From assembly GCA_046583315.1 (NCBI GenBank), contig JAYGCN010000127.1, positions 1-60,615 of the forward strand: a stretch of DNA of 60,615 nt, written 5' to 3'. Position numbers and translations under genes: made by a program. Below the pieces are notes generated by a model that had not been told where the DNA came from, made no database searches, and saw nothing but the letters and a program-made list of their open reading frames with translations. Shown here one piece after another: positions 8,801 to 19,371 of the stretch (its first letter is position 1; each line of letters starts with the position of its first letter). The stretch is from Candidatus Hydrogenedentota bacterium. GTDB lineage: Bacteria; Hydrogenedentota; Hydrogenedentia; Hydrogenedentales; GCA-2746185.

Positions 8801-11431
8801 ATGGCGCAGGTGCAATGGGCAAAAATAGAGGACATTCCGGAATCCAAGCTGACTCCGATGCTGAAGCAGTTTGTGGAGGCGAAGGCGGACAGCGGAGACT
8901 CCCTGCTGTTCTTCCGCATGGGCGACTTCTACGAGCTATTTTTTGACGACGCCATTGAAGCCTCGGAATTGCTCGGGCTCACCCTCACTTCACGCGATGG
9001 CAGCAACAAGGAAAACCGTATCCCCATGGCGGGTGTGCCGGTAAAGGCCTTGGACAGCTACGTCGCGCGGCTCATCAAAGTCGGACGTACCATATCCATC
9101 TGCGACCAGCTCGAAGACCCCAAAGACGTTAAAGGCATCGTCAAACGCGGTGTCGTGCGCACCATCACGCCCGGCACGGTGACCGAACCCGAATTGCTCG
9201 AAGACGCAACCAACAATTATCTCGGCGCCATCGTATTGGAAGGCGACCGCGCGGGTATAGCCTTCGTGGACGTGTCGACCGGCGAATTTCTCGCCGCACA
9301 GGAAACGGAAAACGGACTCCAGACCCTCTGGGACGAACTCATTCGCATGAATCCCGCAGAAGTGCTCGTGCCAAAATCGATGGCCGCCGAAATACTCGAC
9401 ACGCTTCGGCAACAATTTGACGGCATGGTATTCCGGCCACGCGACGAAGATGAATTCGACGCAGGATTCGCATCCGACACACTCAAAACCGAATTCGATC
9501 TCGGTACGCTGAAAGGTATCGACCTCGAAGATGCCAAGGAAGCTTTACGCTGTTCGGGCGCGGTCGTTTCCTACGTGCAGGAAACCCAGCGCGATGCCGT
9601 GCCGCATCTGCGTATGCCGCGACGATACAATCCCTCCGGTTACGTCGTGCTCGATGGCAGCACCCAACGCAATCTAGAACTCGTCGAATCCCTCGCTGAC
9701 AAACGCAAGCGCGGTTCCCTGCTCAACGTACTCGATCGCACCCACACCCACATGGGTGCCCGAAAACTCCGCTATTGGGTGCTGCATCCCCTGCTGGATG
9801 TGTCGTCCATACAAGAACGCCACAACGCGGTTGAAGATTACGTGTCCAAAACGGAAATGCGTCTCCGCCTCAAAGAAGAACTCAAACCCATCGCCGATCT
9901 CGAACGCCTGCTCGGTCGCATCACCTCAAAATCCGGCAACGCACGCGATATCAAGGCACTCGGACATTCACTCGCACAGATTCCCTCCATCCTGGAATGT
10001 CTTGCCGATGCACAATCCGGGATTCTGACGGGACTGCGCGACGGGATCGATGGTCTCGCCGACGTGACCCAATGGATCGACGATGCCGTGCGGGATGAAC
10101 CACCGCTCGCGCTGCAAGAAGGCAATCTACTCAAAGACGGCTACAACGAGAAGCTCGATCACTACCGCGAACTCGTCAGCGGCGGACGCGACTGGATTGC
10201 CGCGCTGCAAGCAAGGGAGTGCGAAAAAACAGGCATCCCGAAACTGAAAATCGGGTACAACAAAATATTCGGCTATTACCTCGAAGTCACGAAAGCCAAC
10301 GTCAATCTCGTGCCGGATTACTTTGAACGCAAACAGACCCTCGTCAACGCCGAACGCTACATCATTCCCGAGCTCAAACAACGCGAAGAAGAAATTGTCG
10401 ACGCGCAGGAAAAGATGACCTCGCTCGAATATTCTCTCTTCGTCGAATTGCGCGAACGCATCGCCGCCGAAGCCAAACGCATCCACGAAACCGCCGACGC
10501 CCTCGCCACCATCGACGTGCTGCTCTCTCTCGCTGAAGTCGCCGTCACGAAAAATTACTGCAAACCCCAGATGGACGACACCCAAGGTCTCGCCATTCGC
10601 GAAGGACGCCATCCCGTCGTAGAAGACCTGATGAAATCCAACGATTTCGTACCCAACGACATCGAACTGACCCCCGGGCAAGCCTCCATGCTCATTATCA
10701 CTGGACCCAACATGGCCGGTAAATCCACCTACCTGCGCCAGGTCGCCCTCATCACGCTCATGGCCCAGATCGGTTCCTTCGTGCCAGCCGCCGAAGCCCA
10801 AATCGGTGTCGTGGACCGCATTTTCACCCGCGTCGGTGCCTCAGACAACCTCGTGCGCGGTGAATCAACATTCATGGTCGAGATGATCGAAACGGCCAAC
10901 ATTCTCAACGCCGCATCCGCACGTAGCCTGCTCGTGTTGGATGAAATCGGACGCGGCACATCCACCTTCGACGGCATCAGCATCGCCTGGTCCGTCGCCG
11001 AACACATTCACAATACCATCGGCGCGAAAACGCTCTTCGCAACCCACTACCACGAACTCACCGAACTCGCCAATCAATTACCCAACGCCAAAAACGTCAA
11101 CGTCGCCGTGCGCGAGTGGGGGGGCAAGGTCATTTTTCTTTACCAGATTATCGATGGCGGCGCCGACCACAGCTACGGCATCCAGGTCGCGAAATTGGCA
11201 GGCCTTCCCAAAGCCGTCGTCAAACGCGCACGTGAAGTGATGTCCAATCTCGAATCCGGCAACACCAGTGCGCTCGGCCTCGAAAACCAGATGTACCTAT
11301 TCGGTCCGGCAAAAACTCCGGAGCCCAGCAAAGTCGAAACCGAACTCGGCATCACCGATCCCGATGCCCTTTCCCCCAAAGAAGCCCATGAATTTTTATA
11401 CCACCTCAAGGAACTGCTGGAGGAGGAATAG
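8801..11431 (+). CDS. mutS: DNA mismatch repair protein MutS
   Basis: FFRMGDFYELF, Walker A GPNMAGKST, DEIGRGTST, FATHYHEL, SYGIQVAKLAG; 876 aa. Confidence 0.98.
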   Translation: MAQVQWAKIEDIPESKLTPMLKQFVEAKADSGDSLLFFRMGDFYELFFDDAIEASELLGLTLTSRDGSNKENRIPMAGVPVKALDSYVARLIKVGRTISICDQLEDPKDVKGIVKRGVVRTITPGTVTEPELLEDATNNYLGAIVLEGDRAGIAFVDVSTGEFLAAQETENGLQTLWDELIRMNPAEVLVPKSMAAEILDTLRQQFDGMVFRPRDEDEFDAGFASDTLKTEFDLGTLKGIDLEDAKEALRCSGAVVSYVQETQRDAVPHLRMPRRYNPSGYVVLDGSTQRNLELVESLADKRKRGSLLNVLDRTHTHMGARKLRYWVLHPLLDVSSIQERHNAVEDYVSKTEMRLRLKEELKPIADLERLLGRITSKSGNARDIKALGHSLAQIPSILECLADAQSGILTGLRDGIDGLADVTQWIDDAVRDEPPLALQEGNLLKDGYNEKLDHYRELVSGGRDWIAALQARECEKTGIPKLKIGYNKIFGYYLEVTKANVNLVPDYFERKQTLVNAERYIIPELKQREEEIVDAQEKMTSLEYSLFVELRERIAAEAKRIHETADALATIDVLLSLAEVAVTKNYCKPQMDDTQGLAIREGRHPVVEDLMKSNDFVPNDIELTPGQASMLIITGPNMAGKSTYLRQVALITLMAQIGSFVPAAEAQIGVVDRIFTRVGASDNLVRGESTFMVEMIETANILNAASARSLLVLDEIGRGTSTFDGISIAWSVAEHIHNTIGAKTLFATHYHELTELANQLPNAKNVNVAVREWGGKVIFLYQIIDGGADHSYGIQVAKLAGLPKAVVKRAREVMSNLESGNTSALGLENQMYLFGPAKTPEPSKVETELGITDPDALSPKEAHEFLYHLKELLEEE

Positions 11432-11441
11432 GCTTCGAAAA

Positions 11442-12041
11442 TTAAGGTCGTTCGCCTGTTGCTGAAACGCTCGCCGACACAATTTCCCTGAGGACAATTG
11501 CCTGCAACTTGTTGTGCACCCTTAGATTGCACTTGGAACAATGAAGTTTCGGCTGAAGGATCAACTCGCCATCACATACCCAACACTTTCCCGATCGTTC
11601 AAAGAACTCCGAATGAAATTGTTCGCGAACCTCATTTGTGATTCGACGGTTTCGGCGTCGAAGATAGACCGCAATTCCAGCGAAGACCAATGCTGCTACG
11701 AACGCCGGTATGCCGTACAAAAGTGATTCCTCGACATTGATCGGTTCGTTGGTGTCTTCGCCCACAGCCAAATCCACCAGAAAAATTGCAGAGAATGCCA
11801 GGCATATGAAAGAAACAATCCACAACAAGTAGGAAGGGGTTCGTTCGTCGTTTGATTCACACTCTTCGCACGACCAGCTGACCCCGTAAAACAAGGGTAG
11901 AATGGGAACAAACCAGAAATGCAAGATGGGAAGGAAGCGGACCCGAAATATCGTCCGAATAGTCTTGCATTGAACGCAGCGTTCGCGCTTATACCCGACC
12001 ACACGCTCGCGAAGTCGATATACGTCCGCGTAAATAAACAT
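11442..12041 (-). CDS. Zinc-ribbon membrane protein
   Basis: CxxC...HFWFVPILP...CxxC, two TM helices, second CxxC/CxxC pair. Confidence 0.65.
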   Translation of the reverse strand: MFIYADVYRLRERVVGYKRERCVQCKTIRTIFRVRFLPILHFWFVPILPLFYGVSWSCEECESNDERTPSYLLWIVSFICLAFSAIFLVDLAVGEDTNEPINVEESLLYGIPAFVAALVFAGIAVYLRRRNRRITNEVREQFHSEFFERSGKCWVCDGELILQPKLHCSKCNLRVHNKLQAIVLREIVSASVSATGERP

Positions 12042-12079
12042 ACACTAATGGTACATGGATGAACGTATCAAAGCGGTTT

Positions 12080-12796
12080 TTACTCCTCCACGTCCAGCAT
12101 CACCGCCGGCTTCGCGTGGCGATTAATCCTAAGAATGTCCCCTTCAACCAGCTCGATATACTCCGAAGAGTTATCGAAAGCGAGAATCGCCGGACCGCGC
12201 GTAATCTCCGCACGAACATCGGTTTCCTCCGCAAGAATAACGTGATTCGTCTTTTCGTGCGTATTCATGAAGGCCACACCAAGCCCGGTCCGAAATACAC
12301 CACGCGTGACTTCATTAAAGTAGGCCGTACTCCCGAAAGGCGTGCTGATGACAAGTCCATCCCCAATTATCTCCCGATCCGATGCTTCCCCGTGCTCCTT
12401 GTCATCAAACCAAATTTTGAAGCGTACCGCCGAATTCACCCGGCCCATGTGAACGCTGAATTCGTTGATCGCGAGCAGATGACTTTCCGGCTTTTCGGCA
12501 TCGGCATAGGTCACGCTGCACTCAAGTTTCAAATATTCCGTCGGAACCAGTTTGCCCTCGGCCAATTCCGCGATCACCTGTTCCGCAGGACGCGAGATGC
12601 ACCGAATGCCTCGGCGACTATTTCGAATGGGCACCTTGGGAACGTTCGGCCATTTCAACTCCGCGGCTAGCAAGGTGCCGTCCCCGCCAAAACACACCAC
12701 CACATCATCCGGCTCGTTCACCAGCGTCAAATTCTCATGCGCGTCAAACAACGATGCTATCGTATGGGCTTCTGCGCCAAACAAGGTCACGTTCAT
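12080..12796 (-). CDS. nadK: NAD(+) kinase
   Basis: GGDGT, NE motif (AINEF), GDGLVISTPFGSTAY. Confidence 0.85.
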   Translation of the reverse strand: MNVTLFGAEAHTIASLFDAHENLTLVNEPDDVVVCFGGDGTLLAAELKWPNVPKVPIRNSRRGIRCISRPAEQVIAELAEGKLVPTEYLKLECSVTYADAEKPESHLLAINEFSVHMGRVNSAVRFKIWFDDKEHGEASDREIIGDGLVISTPFGSTAYFNEVTRGVFRTGLGVAFMNTHEKTNHVILAEETDVRAEITRGPAILAFDNSSEYIELVEGDILRINRHAKPAVMLDVEE

Positions 12797-12859
12797 GCGT
12801 CATTCATTCCCGGGAAGGATTCAAAGTTGTCTACATTGTAAGACTTCATGCAAAATGCC

Positions 12860-14479
12860 TCAAATTGTTCGCGACCCCACCTTGCGCGACAACAAAAACG
12901 TGCCCGTCACCATCAGCATCAGCAACACGCTGTAGGCAAAGGCCGATCCGATGCCTGAACCACGCCATTCCTGGTTAATCTGAATGGCAATCGGCAAATT
13001 GGACGGTGTATACAGAAGAATCGATGCTACAAATTCGCCCAGACTCGATGCAAACACCAGCGCTGTAGCCGCCACCAGACTCGGTGCCATCAGCGGAACG
13101 ATGATGTGCTTGAAACAATACCACCGCGTCGCGCCGAGCGTTTGTGCCGCCTCGATGAGCGTACCATCAAATTGCGTCACCGCCGCCGTCGCCATACGCG
13201 TTAGTAAGGGGATAAATCGCACGAAATACGCCAGCGGCAAAATCATGATAGGGTTGAATGGCGGTAACCAGTCGTCGTTGAACGCAGCAATCAGATTCAT
13301 CGCGACCACGGTGCCCGGCAAGGCCCAAGGAATCATCACCAGCACATTCACCCAACGCGCCCCGTTGCGATTACGCCCGATCAAGTACGCCGCAGGCAAC
13401 CCCACGAGCAACGTGAGTGCCGAAGCAACCAGACTCATCCATAAACTGTTGCGAATTGGCCGAAATGCCGAGTCTTCCTGAAACAATACCGTGTAATTGT
13501 CGAAAGTGAACATCGTCGGAATCAATTCCGTATACCATTCGCGATGATTCACAAACGATAACCATATGATATTCATCTGCGGAATCAGCAGAATGAAGAT
13601 GCTCACCCAGGCAACCGTACCGGCAATCAGTTTTCCCGACGTTGACTTAACCGGACGCGGAACGCCTTTCGTCCCCGATTGACCTGGTCTGTGCCGCGAG
13701 CGAAATATCAGCACACCCAACAACGAGACAAGTCCCAGCACAACCGACAACGTCATCGCGCCACCTTGATTGGCCTGAGCGCGTTCACTTACTATCTGTA
13801 CGCTCAAATACGGGAAATCGTTTCCGAAAAACAACGGCGCACTAAACGACGCTCCAGATGTCATAAACGCCAGCAACGATGCCCCAAGCAGCGCAGGTTT
13901 CAGCGCAGGCACCGTAATTTTGAAAAACGCACGCGTCCGCGAAGCACCCAGCGTACGCGCCGCTTCCACCTGCGACACATCCATCGACTCCAAGGCCGCC
14001 GACACCATCGCGTAAAAATAAACCGAGAACGAATAGGTGTGAATCAGCAAAATGGAGACCGGGCCCTGGAACGCAAAATCGTCATTCCCTGCCAAATGAT
14101 GCACGATTCGAGGAAACAACCCGTCCGCCCCGATCAGATAATAAAAACTCAAGGTTCCCACCAAAGGCGGCAACGCGAAGGGCATATACGCCAGCGCGGC
14201 CAGCGGCGTTTTACCAGGAAATGAAAATCGCGTCACAAAAAAAGCCATCGCCGTGCCCACGAGTCCAGAGGTGACGACCGAAGCAAGACACATAAGCAGG
14301 GTGTTGATTATCGCCTCACGCCCCGAGCCTTCCGTAATGACCGACCATTGCCAATCCGACAACGCGCCAACGACAAGACGCGCACTGGGGTAGACCACTG
14401 TGATGCCCAAGGCGATTGCGCATACCGCCAATAAGCTACGATCAAGAGTGCGCTGGTTCTGTTGCTTGAAGGTGCTCAC
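12860..14479 (-). CDS. ABC transporter permease, Fe3+/thiamine (FbpB-like) duplicated type
   Basis: About 12 TMs with two EAA loops (EAARTLGAS, EAAQTLGAT). Confidence 0.85.
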   Translation of the reverse strand: MSTFKQQNQRTLDRSLLAVCAIALGITVVYPSARLVVGALSDWQWSVITEGSGREAIINTLLMCLASVVTSGLVGTAMAFFVTRFSFPGKTPLAALAYMPFALPPLVGTLSFYYLIGADGLFPRIVHHLAGNDDFAFQGPVSILLIHTYSFSVYFYAMVSAALESMDVSQVEAARTLGASRTRAFFKITVPALKPALLGASLLAFMTSGASFSAPLFFGNDFPYLSVQIVSERAQANQGGAMTLSVVLGLVSLLGVLIFRSRHRPGQSGTKGVPRPVKSTSGKLIAGTVAWVSIFILLIPQMNIIWLSFVNHREWYTELIPTMFTFDNYTVLFQEDSAFRPIRNSLWMSLVASALTLLVGLPAAYLIGRNRNGARWVNVLVMIPWALPGTVVAMNLIAAFNDDWLPPFNPIMILPLAYFVRFIPLLTRMATAAVTQFDGTLIEAAQTLGATRWYCFKHIIVPLMAPSLVAATALVFASSLGEFVASILLYTPSNLPIAIQINQEWRGSGIGSAFAYSVLLMLMVTGTFLLSRKVGSRTI

Positions 14480-14491
14480 AGAAAGCAGCCC

Positions 14492-14830
14492 CTAGCCGAG
14501 GTCATGCTCAACAAAAGCCTGAATGGCATCAAAATCCGCCTCGTCGACCTTCGTATACAAAATGGCCACCTTGAATTCCGTGTGATCAGGTTCTTCCGCA
14601 TCGCAACGAATTACTACCCCTTCTGCCTTCAATTTCTTTTTCACCGGCCCAGGAAGATCCAGCACAATTTCCAGCTTTGTCATCTCCGCCACAGGACGGC
14701 GCGTATGACACAACACACCGCTGCAACTGATGTTGTCCACATGCGTAATCAGCCCATTTTCGGATCCGTCGGCCACGCGAAAACCGCGCGAACTTCTCGG
14801 GTGACTCCGCCGTTCATCTTGACGCGTCAT
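14492..14830 (-). CDS. Single-domain PilZ protein
   Basis: RxxxR (RSHPR) and NxSxxG (NISCSG) c-di-GMP motifs. Confidence 0.8.
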   Translation of the reverse strand: MTRQDERRSHPRSSRGFRVADGSENGLITHVDNISCSGVLCHTRRPVAEMTKLEIVLDLPGPVKKKLKAEGVVIRCDAEEPDHTEFKVAILYTKVDEADFDAIQAFVEHDLG

Positions 14831-14856
14831 AAAGAGATTCCTTTACATCGATAGTT

Positions 14857-15459
14857 CTAAAACGATAATCCTACACCAACACCAAAGGCATTAACACCGG
14901 AATTATCGTCGGCCCACCCGCCGTTGGACAAGTGCCTCAACTTGCCGGAAAGATGCCAATGATTGTCAAACTCGTATCCGAAGGCGGTTTCGCTCATAAA
15001 ATTCGCGGATCCAGAATTACCATTGAACTTATCATCGTGTGCGACGATCGATTCCATGAATTCGAAATACCACCCCTCGTGAACTTCCTTAAAGTAGCGT
15101 CGAACGGTAACGCCAAACCCTGCACCCCAGATGTCCGTTTGTTCATAGGCATCGCCCGAAACTTCGTCGGCATCATAATAGAACAAGGGAAGCACGCGCA
15201 AGCCTACGGTAAGCTTTTCGCCCAAAGCGAACTCGCGCTCAATACTGCCCACGATGCCTACATCATCACTGCGCGAGCGATTTCCCGAACGACTGCCCAC
15301 CCAGCCCTGCAACTCAAGTCGATATCGTCCGTCGTCCCAATTCGTATCTTTGATCTTTGACCAGATTCCAGGTTCCGCATCCGCATGGCTATTCATCGAT
15401 ACCAAACAACAAATTGCTACAAAACAACCTGTCAAACTGAAATGTCTCAGGTGATGCAT
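14857..15459 (-). CDS. PagL-like acyloxyacyl hydrolase (lipid A 3-O-deacylase family) beta-barrel
   Basis: Signal peptide; NF..., HLSNGG, NSGVN catalytic region; C-terminal F. Confidence 0.75.
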   Translation of the reverse strand: MHHLRHFSLTGCFVAICCLVSMNSHADAEPGIWSKIKDTNWDDGRYRLELQGWVGSRSGNRSRSDDVGIVGSIEREFALGEKLTVGLRVLPLFYYDADEVSGDAYEQTDIWGAGFGVTVRRYFKEVHEGWYFEFMESIVAHDDKFNGNSGSANFMSETAFGYEFDNHWHLSGKLRHLSNGGWADDNSGVNAFGVGVGLSF

Positions 15460-15561
15460 TCGTATACCCCTTTGCCTGCGACGGTTCTTCGCAAATGTAT
15501 GCTGTATACTACGCAGTGGTCAGGAGTTTTGCAACTTTGAAATCTTCGGATACGGACGATT

Positions 15562-16461
15562 TCACTCTTCGACAATGCCCAACGCGGTCACCTCCGCAGT
15601 GATTTGTCTGGTGGTCGAATCGGATAGCCTACGGAATGGTAAGCGGCACCCTCCTACGGCATATCCCGTCATCGGTTGCAAGGCTTTGAGCGATGGAATC
15701 ACACCATGCGGCAACATGATATCGACCATCTTCAGTGCCTCATATTGAAGCCCTCGCGCCTCGTCAAGTTTGCCAGCCTCGAATGCCGCGATGACCTTCA
15801 CATAATGAGTCAACGCAAGATTGTAGGTGCTCCCCACGCCTGCCGTCGCGCCCATTACAAGGCCAAGCAACAGATTTTCATCCGAGCCGAAGAACACCGT
15901 GTACTTCCCTTCGTGTAAATTCACGCACTTCTGCAATCCAGACGGTTCAATGCCGCTATATTTGAGGCCCGCGAAGGTGGGAATCTCCTCTGCCAGTAAT
16001 TCGACCGCATCAAAAGCAGATACCTGGATGTTTGTGAATCCCGGCAGATCGTAATAATAAAATGGCGTGCCCCCAGCCGCCTCGGCAATCGGTTTACACC
16101 AGTTCAGAACATCTTCCGGCGTCGTCAGCTGGTAATACGATGGCGCGACCACCGCGATTCCACGGACGCCACAGGTTGCCGCATGCTCGGCAAGCTCAAC
16201 GGCTTCCCGTTGATTGTGATGTCCCACATGATCGATAAGACAAAATGACGAGTCCGTCGCATCCGCCCAGGACTTCGTGATGGACTTACGTTCTGTCACG
16301 GACAACGAAGCCCATTCGGCAGTCGTTCCATTGATGAATGCCCCTGCGGCACCCCGATTCAGAAATGATTCAGCCTGGGTCGGCACCACATCAAGCATCA
16401 GATCGCCCGATTCTGTCATCGGCGTCAGCGTGGCAGGCAACAGGCCATGAATTTTCGCCAT
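15562..16461 (-). CDS. nanA: N-acetylneuraminate lyase (DHDPS family)
   Basis: NGTTAE, YYYDLP, catalytic LKYS, GSDE, VGSTYN; divergent from a sialic-acid transporter; AAGGAG RBS before ATG 16461. Confidence 0.8.
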   Translation of the reverse strand: MAKIHGLLPATLTPMTESGDLMLDVVPTQAESFLNRGAAGAFINGTTAEWASLSVTERKSITKSWADATDSSFCLIDHVGHHNQREAVELAEHAATCGVRGIAVVAPSYYQLTTPEDVLNWCKPIAEAAGGTPFYYYDLPGFTNIQVSAFDAVELLAEEIPTFAGLKYSGIEPSGLQKCVNLHEGKYTVFFGSDENLLLGLVMGATAGVGSTYNLALTHYVKVIAAFEAGKLDEARGLQYEALKMVDIMLPHGVIPSLKALQPMTGYAVGGCRLPFRRLSDSTTRQITAEVTALGIVEE

Positions 16462-16672
16462 AACGTGTACTCCTTGATACATCACCCGCGATCCGCAGGT
16501 GTTAAGTTGATTTCATCGCAATTCAGTGTCATGTTATAACGAATTATTTCCGAGGAAGACCCCCATGAATCAACAGAATTCACCGGACACCGTCAGCCAG
16601 AATATTCGAGACCATATACTAGCAGGTTCACACGCATCGGGTATACGTCCAGCGATTAACGCGCGCCACAAC

Positions 16673-19267
16673 ATGCTCAGTAAGACCCTTTTCCCCGGAC
16701 TATCGACGCTGCATCGCCTGCTCACTCTAATGTTTATCATCTTTCAATGTTCCCTTGGCAACCCGGTTTTCGCGCAGGAATTCATCTGGGGCGATTTGCC
16801 CGAGCTTCCAGGCGAACTCGGATTCGGTGGACCCTTCGCAGGCACCCACAACGGCGCGCTCATCGTAGCGGGTGGCGCGAACTTTCCCAATGGCATGCCC
16901 TGGGATGGCGGCAACAAAGTCTGGTACGACGACATCTATACACTCGAAGCAGGCGATACTGAATGGTCCGCGACCTCAAAATTCCCGCGGCCGCTCGCCT
17001 ACGGTATTTCCATCTCTACCGAGCAGGGCCTGCTCATCGCGGGCGGCAGCGATGCCGATGCCATCTACGATATTGTCTGGCTGTTGCAATACGACGCCGA
17101 ATCCAAAACGGTCACCACCTTAACCCTTCCGCCGCTCCCCGAGCTCACCGCCTTCCACGCAGGCGCACTCGTAGACAACACCATCTATATCGCCGCAGGC
17201 CAAAAATCAACCGACGCTACCGACCTCAATCACGCCTTCTGGGCCATGGACATCTCCGGACCGCCCAACGGCTGGATCTGGCAAGAAAAAACACCCTGGC
17301 CCGGCGATGCGCGTATCAAAGCCGTTGCCACCAGCCAAGTTGACGGTGCCGGAAACCCCTTCTTCTACCTTTTCAGCGGCGAAATTCCAACCGAAAACGA
17401 ATCCGGTGAAACCACCCTGAATTACGTCACCGACGGCTACCGATACAACCCGCGCGAAGACACCTGGTCCACCATGACCGACCTCGATAAACCTGTCGCC
17501 GCCACGCGTGCCATCGGAGTGGGCCAATCACACATCCTCGTGTTCAGCGGCTCCACCGGCGAGCACGTTACCTTGCCCACACAGGACATCCCCGAATTTC
17601 CGACCACCGTCCGCGCCTACAACACCATCACCGACGCCTGGACCATCATCGCTGAAATGCCCCGCAGCGTCGTCACCACCGAAGTCGTCGAATGGAACGA
17701 TCGAATCGTGATCACCACCGGCGAAATCCGACCCGGCGTAAGAACCCCCCGCATCCAGACGCTAAGCATTGGTCAATCGGACCGTTCCTTCGGTGCCGTG
17801 AACTACACAGTACTCGGACTCTACCTCGCCGCGCTCGTCGGCATGGGCATCTTCTTCTCCCGACGAGAAAAAGGCACCGACGACTTCTTTCTCGCGGGAA
17901 AACGAGTGCCCTGGTGGGCCGCCGGAATCAGCATCTACGCCACCCAGCTAAGCGCCATCACCTTCGTTGCGATACCCGCCCTGACCTACGCCACCAACTG
18001 GGTCGTGTTTCCAGGCACCATCTGCATCTTGATTATGGCCCCCATCGTCATCAAATACTATCTTCCCTTTTTTCGACGGCTTAACGTCACCACCGCCTAC
18101 GAATACCTCGAGAAGCGTTTCGATCTCTCCGTCCGACTCTTCGGCAGCGCCTCCTTCCTCGCGTTTCAGCTTCTGCGCATGGCCGTCGTCATCTACCTGC
18201 CCGCGCTCGGACTCTCCGCCATTACTGGACTCGATGTCTTCGTCTGTATCCTGCTCATGGGCATCCTGTCCACCATCTACACCGTGCTCGGTGGTATCGA
18301 AGCCGTCATCTGGACCGATGTCCTGCAAGTCTTCGTACTCATCGGCGGACTCCTCGTCAGTTTCGTCCTCGTCGTACTTTCCGAAGGCGGTATCGGGGAG
18401 GTACTGTCCGTTGCCAACGAAGCAAGCAAATTCACGGCAGTCAACATGAGTTTCAGCGTCACCGAACTCGCCACCTGGTCCGTGTTACTCGGTACCATGA
18501 TGTTGCAGTTCGGACCCTACACCACCGACCAGGCCGTCATACAACGTTACCTCACCACCAAAGACGAAAAAGCCGCCGCCAAAGCCATCTGGTTAAACGG
18601 CTGGCTGGCCGTACCCTTCGTCTTCCTTTTCTATTTGCTCGGTACCTGCCTCTACGTCTATTTCCACAACAACCCCGAACAGCTCATCGTCGGCATGAAA
18701 AACGATCAGGTATTCCCGCTCTTCATCGTCAACCGCCTTCCCATGGGCCTCTCCGGACTCGTTATCGCAGGCATCTTCGCCGCATCCATGTCCAGCCTCG
18801 ACAGTTCCATGCACAGCGTCTCCACCGCTATCACAACAGACTTCTACAAACGACTGGGTAACAACATCACCGACGCGCAGTGCATGAAATTCGCGCGAAC
18901 CGTCATCATTCTCAGCGGACTCGCCGCGATGGGATTCTCCTTCGTGCTCATTACCACCGATATCTCCTCGCTCTTCTTCCTCTTCAACCAAATCCTCGGA
19001 CTCTTCAGTTCGGGACTCGTCGGCATATTCATACTCGGCATTTTCACCACCCGAAGCCACGCAAAAGGCGTGCTCATCGGAGCCATCGCCAGCATCGCCG
19101 TACTCTCCTGCCTCGCATTCGTCTCCCACATCCACTTCTACCTCCACAGCGTCATCGGCATCGGCACCTGTCTCATCGTCGGCTACACCATGAGCCTCAT
19201 CCTGCCCAACCCGAACAAAGACCTCGCCGGACTCACCCGGTTTACCCAACACGCTGATGAAGCATGA
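16673..19267 (+). CDS. Fusion of NanM-like Kelch mutarotase and sodium:solute symporter (SiaT-like)
   Basis: N-terminal GGANFP..PWDGG.KVWYD Kelch repeats; C-terminal SSS motifs (ATQLSAITF, AYEYLEKRF, AVIWTDVLQ, DQAVIQRY, AASMSSLDS); start uncertain (ORF open from 16526). Confidence 0.88.
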   Translation: MLSKTLFPGLSTLHRLLTLMFIIFQCSLGNPVFAQEFIWGDLPELPGELGFGGPFAGTHNGALIVAGGANFPNGMPWDGGNKVWYDDIYTLEAGDTEWSATSKFPRPLAYGISISTEQGLLIAGGSDADAIYDIVWLLQYDAESKTVTTLTLPPLPELTAFHAGALVDNTIYIAAGQKSTDATDLNHAFWAMDISGPPNGWIWQEKTPWPGDARIKAVATSQVDGAGNPFFYLFSGEIPTENESGETTLNYVTDGYRYNPREDTWSTMTDLDKPVAATRAIGVGQSHILVFSGSTGEHVTLPTQDIPEFPTTVRAYNTITDAWTIIAEMPRSVVTTEVVEWNDRIVITTGEIRPGVRTPRIQTLSIGQSDRSFGAVNYTVLGLYLAALVGMGIFFSRREKGTDDFFLAGKRVPWWAAGISIYATQLSAITFVAIPALTYATNWVVFPGTICILIMAPIVIKYYLPFFRRLNVTTAYEYLEKRFDLSVRLFGSASFLAFQLLRMAVVIYLPALGLSAITGLDVFVCILLMGILSTIYTVLGGIEAVIWTDVLQVFVLIGGLLVSFVLVVLSEGGIGEVLSVANEASKFTAVNMSFSVTELATWSVLLGTMMLQFGPYTTDQAVIQRYLTTKDEKAAAKAIWLNGWLAVPFVFLFYLLGTCLYVYFHNNPEQLIVGMKNDQVFPLFIVNRLPMGLSGLVIAGIFAASMSSLDSSMHSVSTAITTDFYKRLGNNITDAQCMKFARTVIILSGLAAMGFSFVLITTDISSLFFLFNQILGLFSSGLVGIFILGIFTTRSHAKGVLIGAIASIAVLSCLAFVSHIHFYLHSVIGIGTCLIVGYTMSLILPNPNKDLAGLTRFTQHADEA

Positions 19268-19300
19268 CCCCGGACTTGTGAACGCATGCTTACTACCTGA

Positions 19301-19360
19301 TAAACTGCCCTTACTTTTTATTTTCGGGTGAAAAGAAAAAGTAAGCGAAAAGAAAAGCCG
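19301..19360 (+). repeat. Palindromic intergenic element, copy A
   Basis: CTTACTTTTT...AAAAAGTAAG hairpin followed by CGAAAAGAAAAGCCG. Confidence 0.6.
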
Positions 19361-19371
19361 ATATTGGAGAC

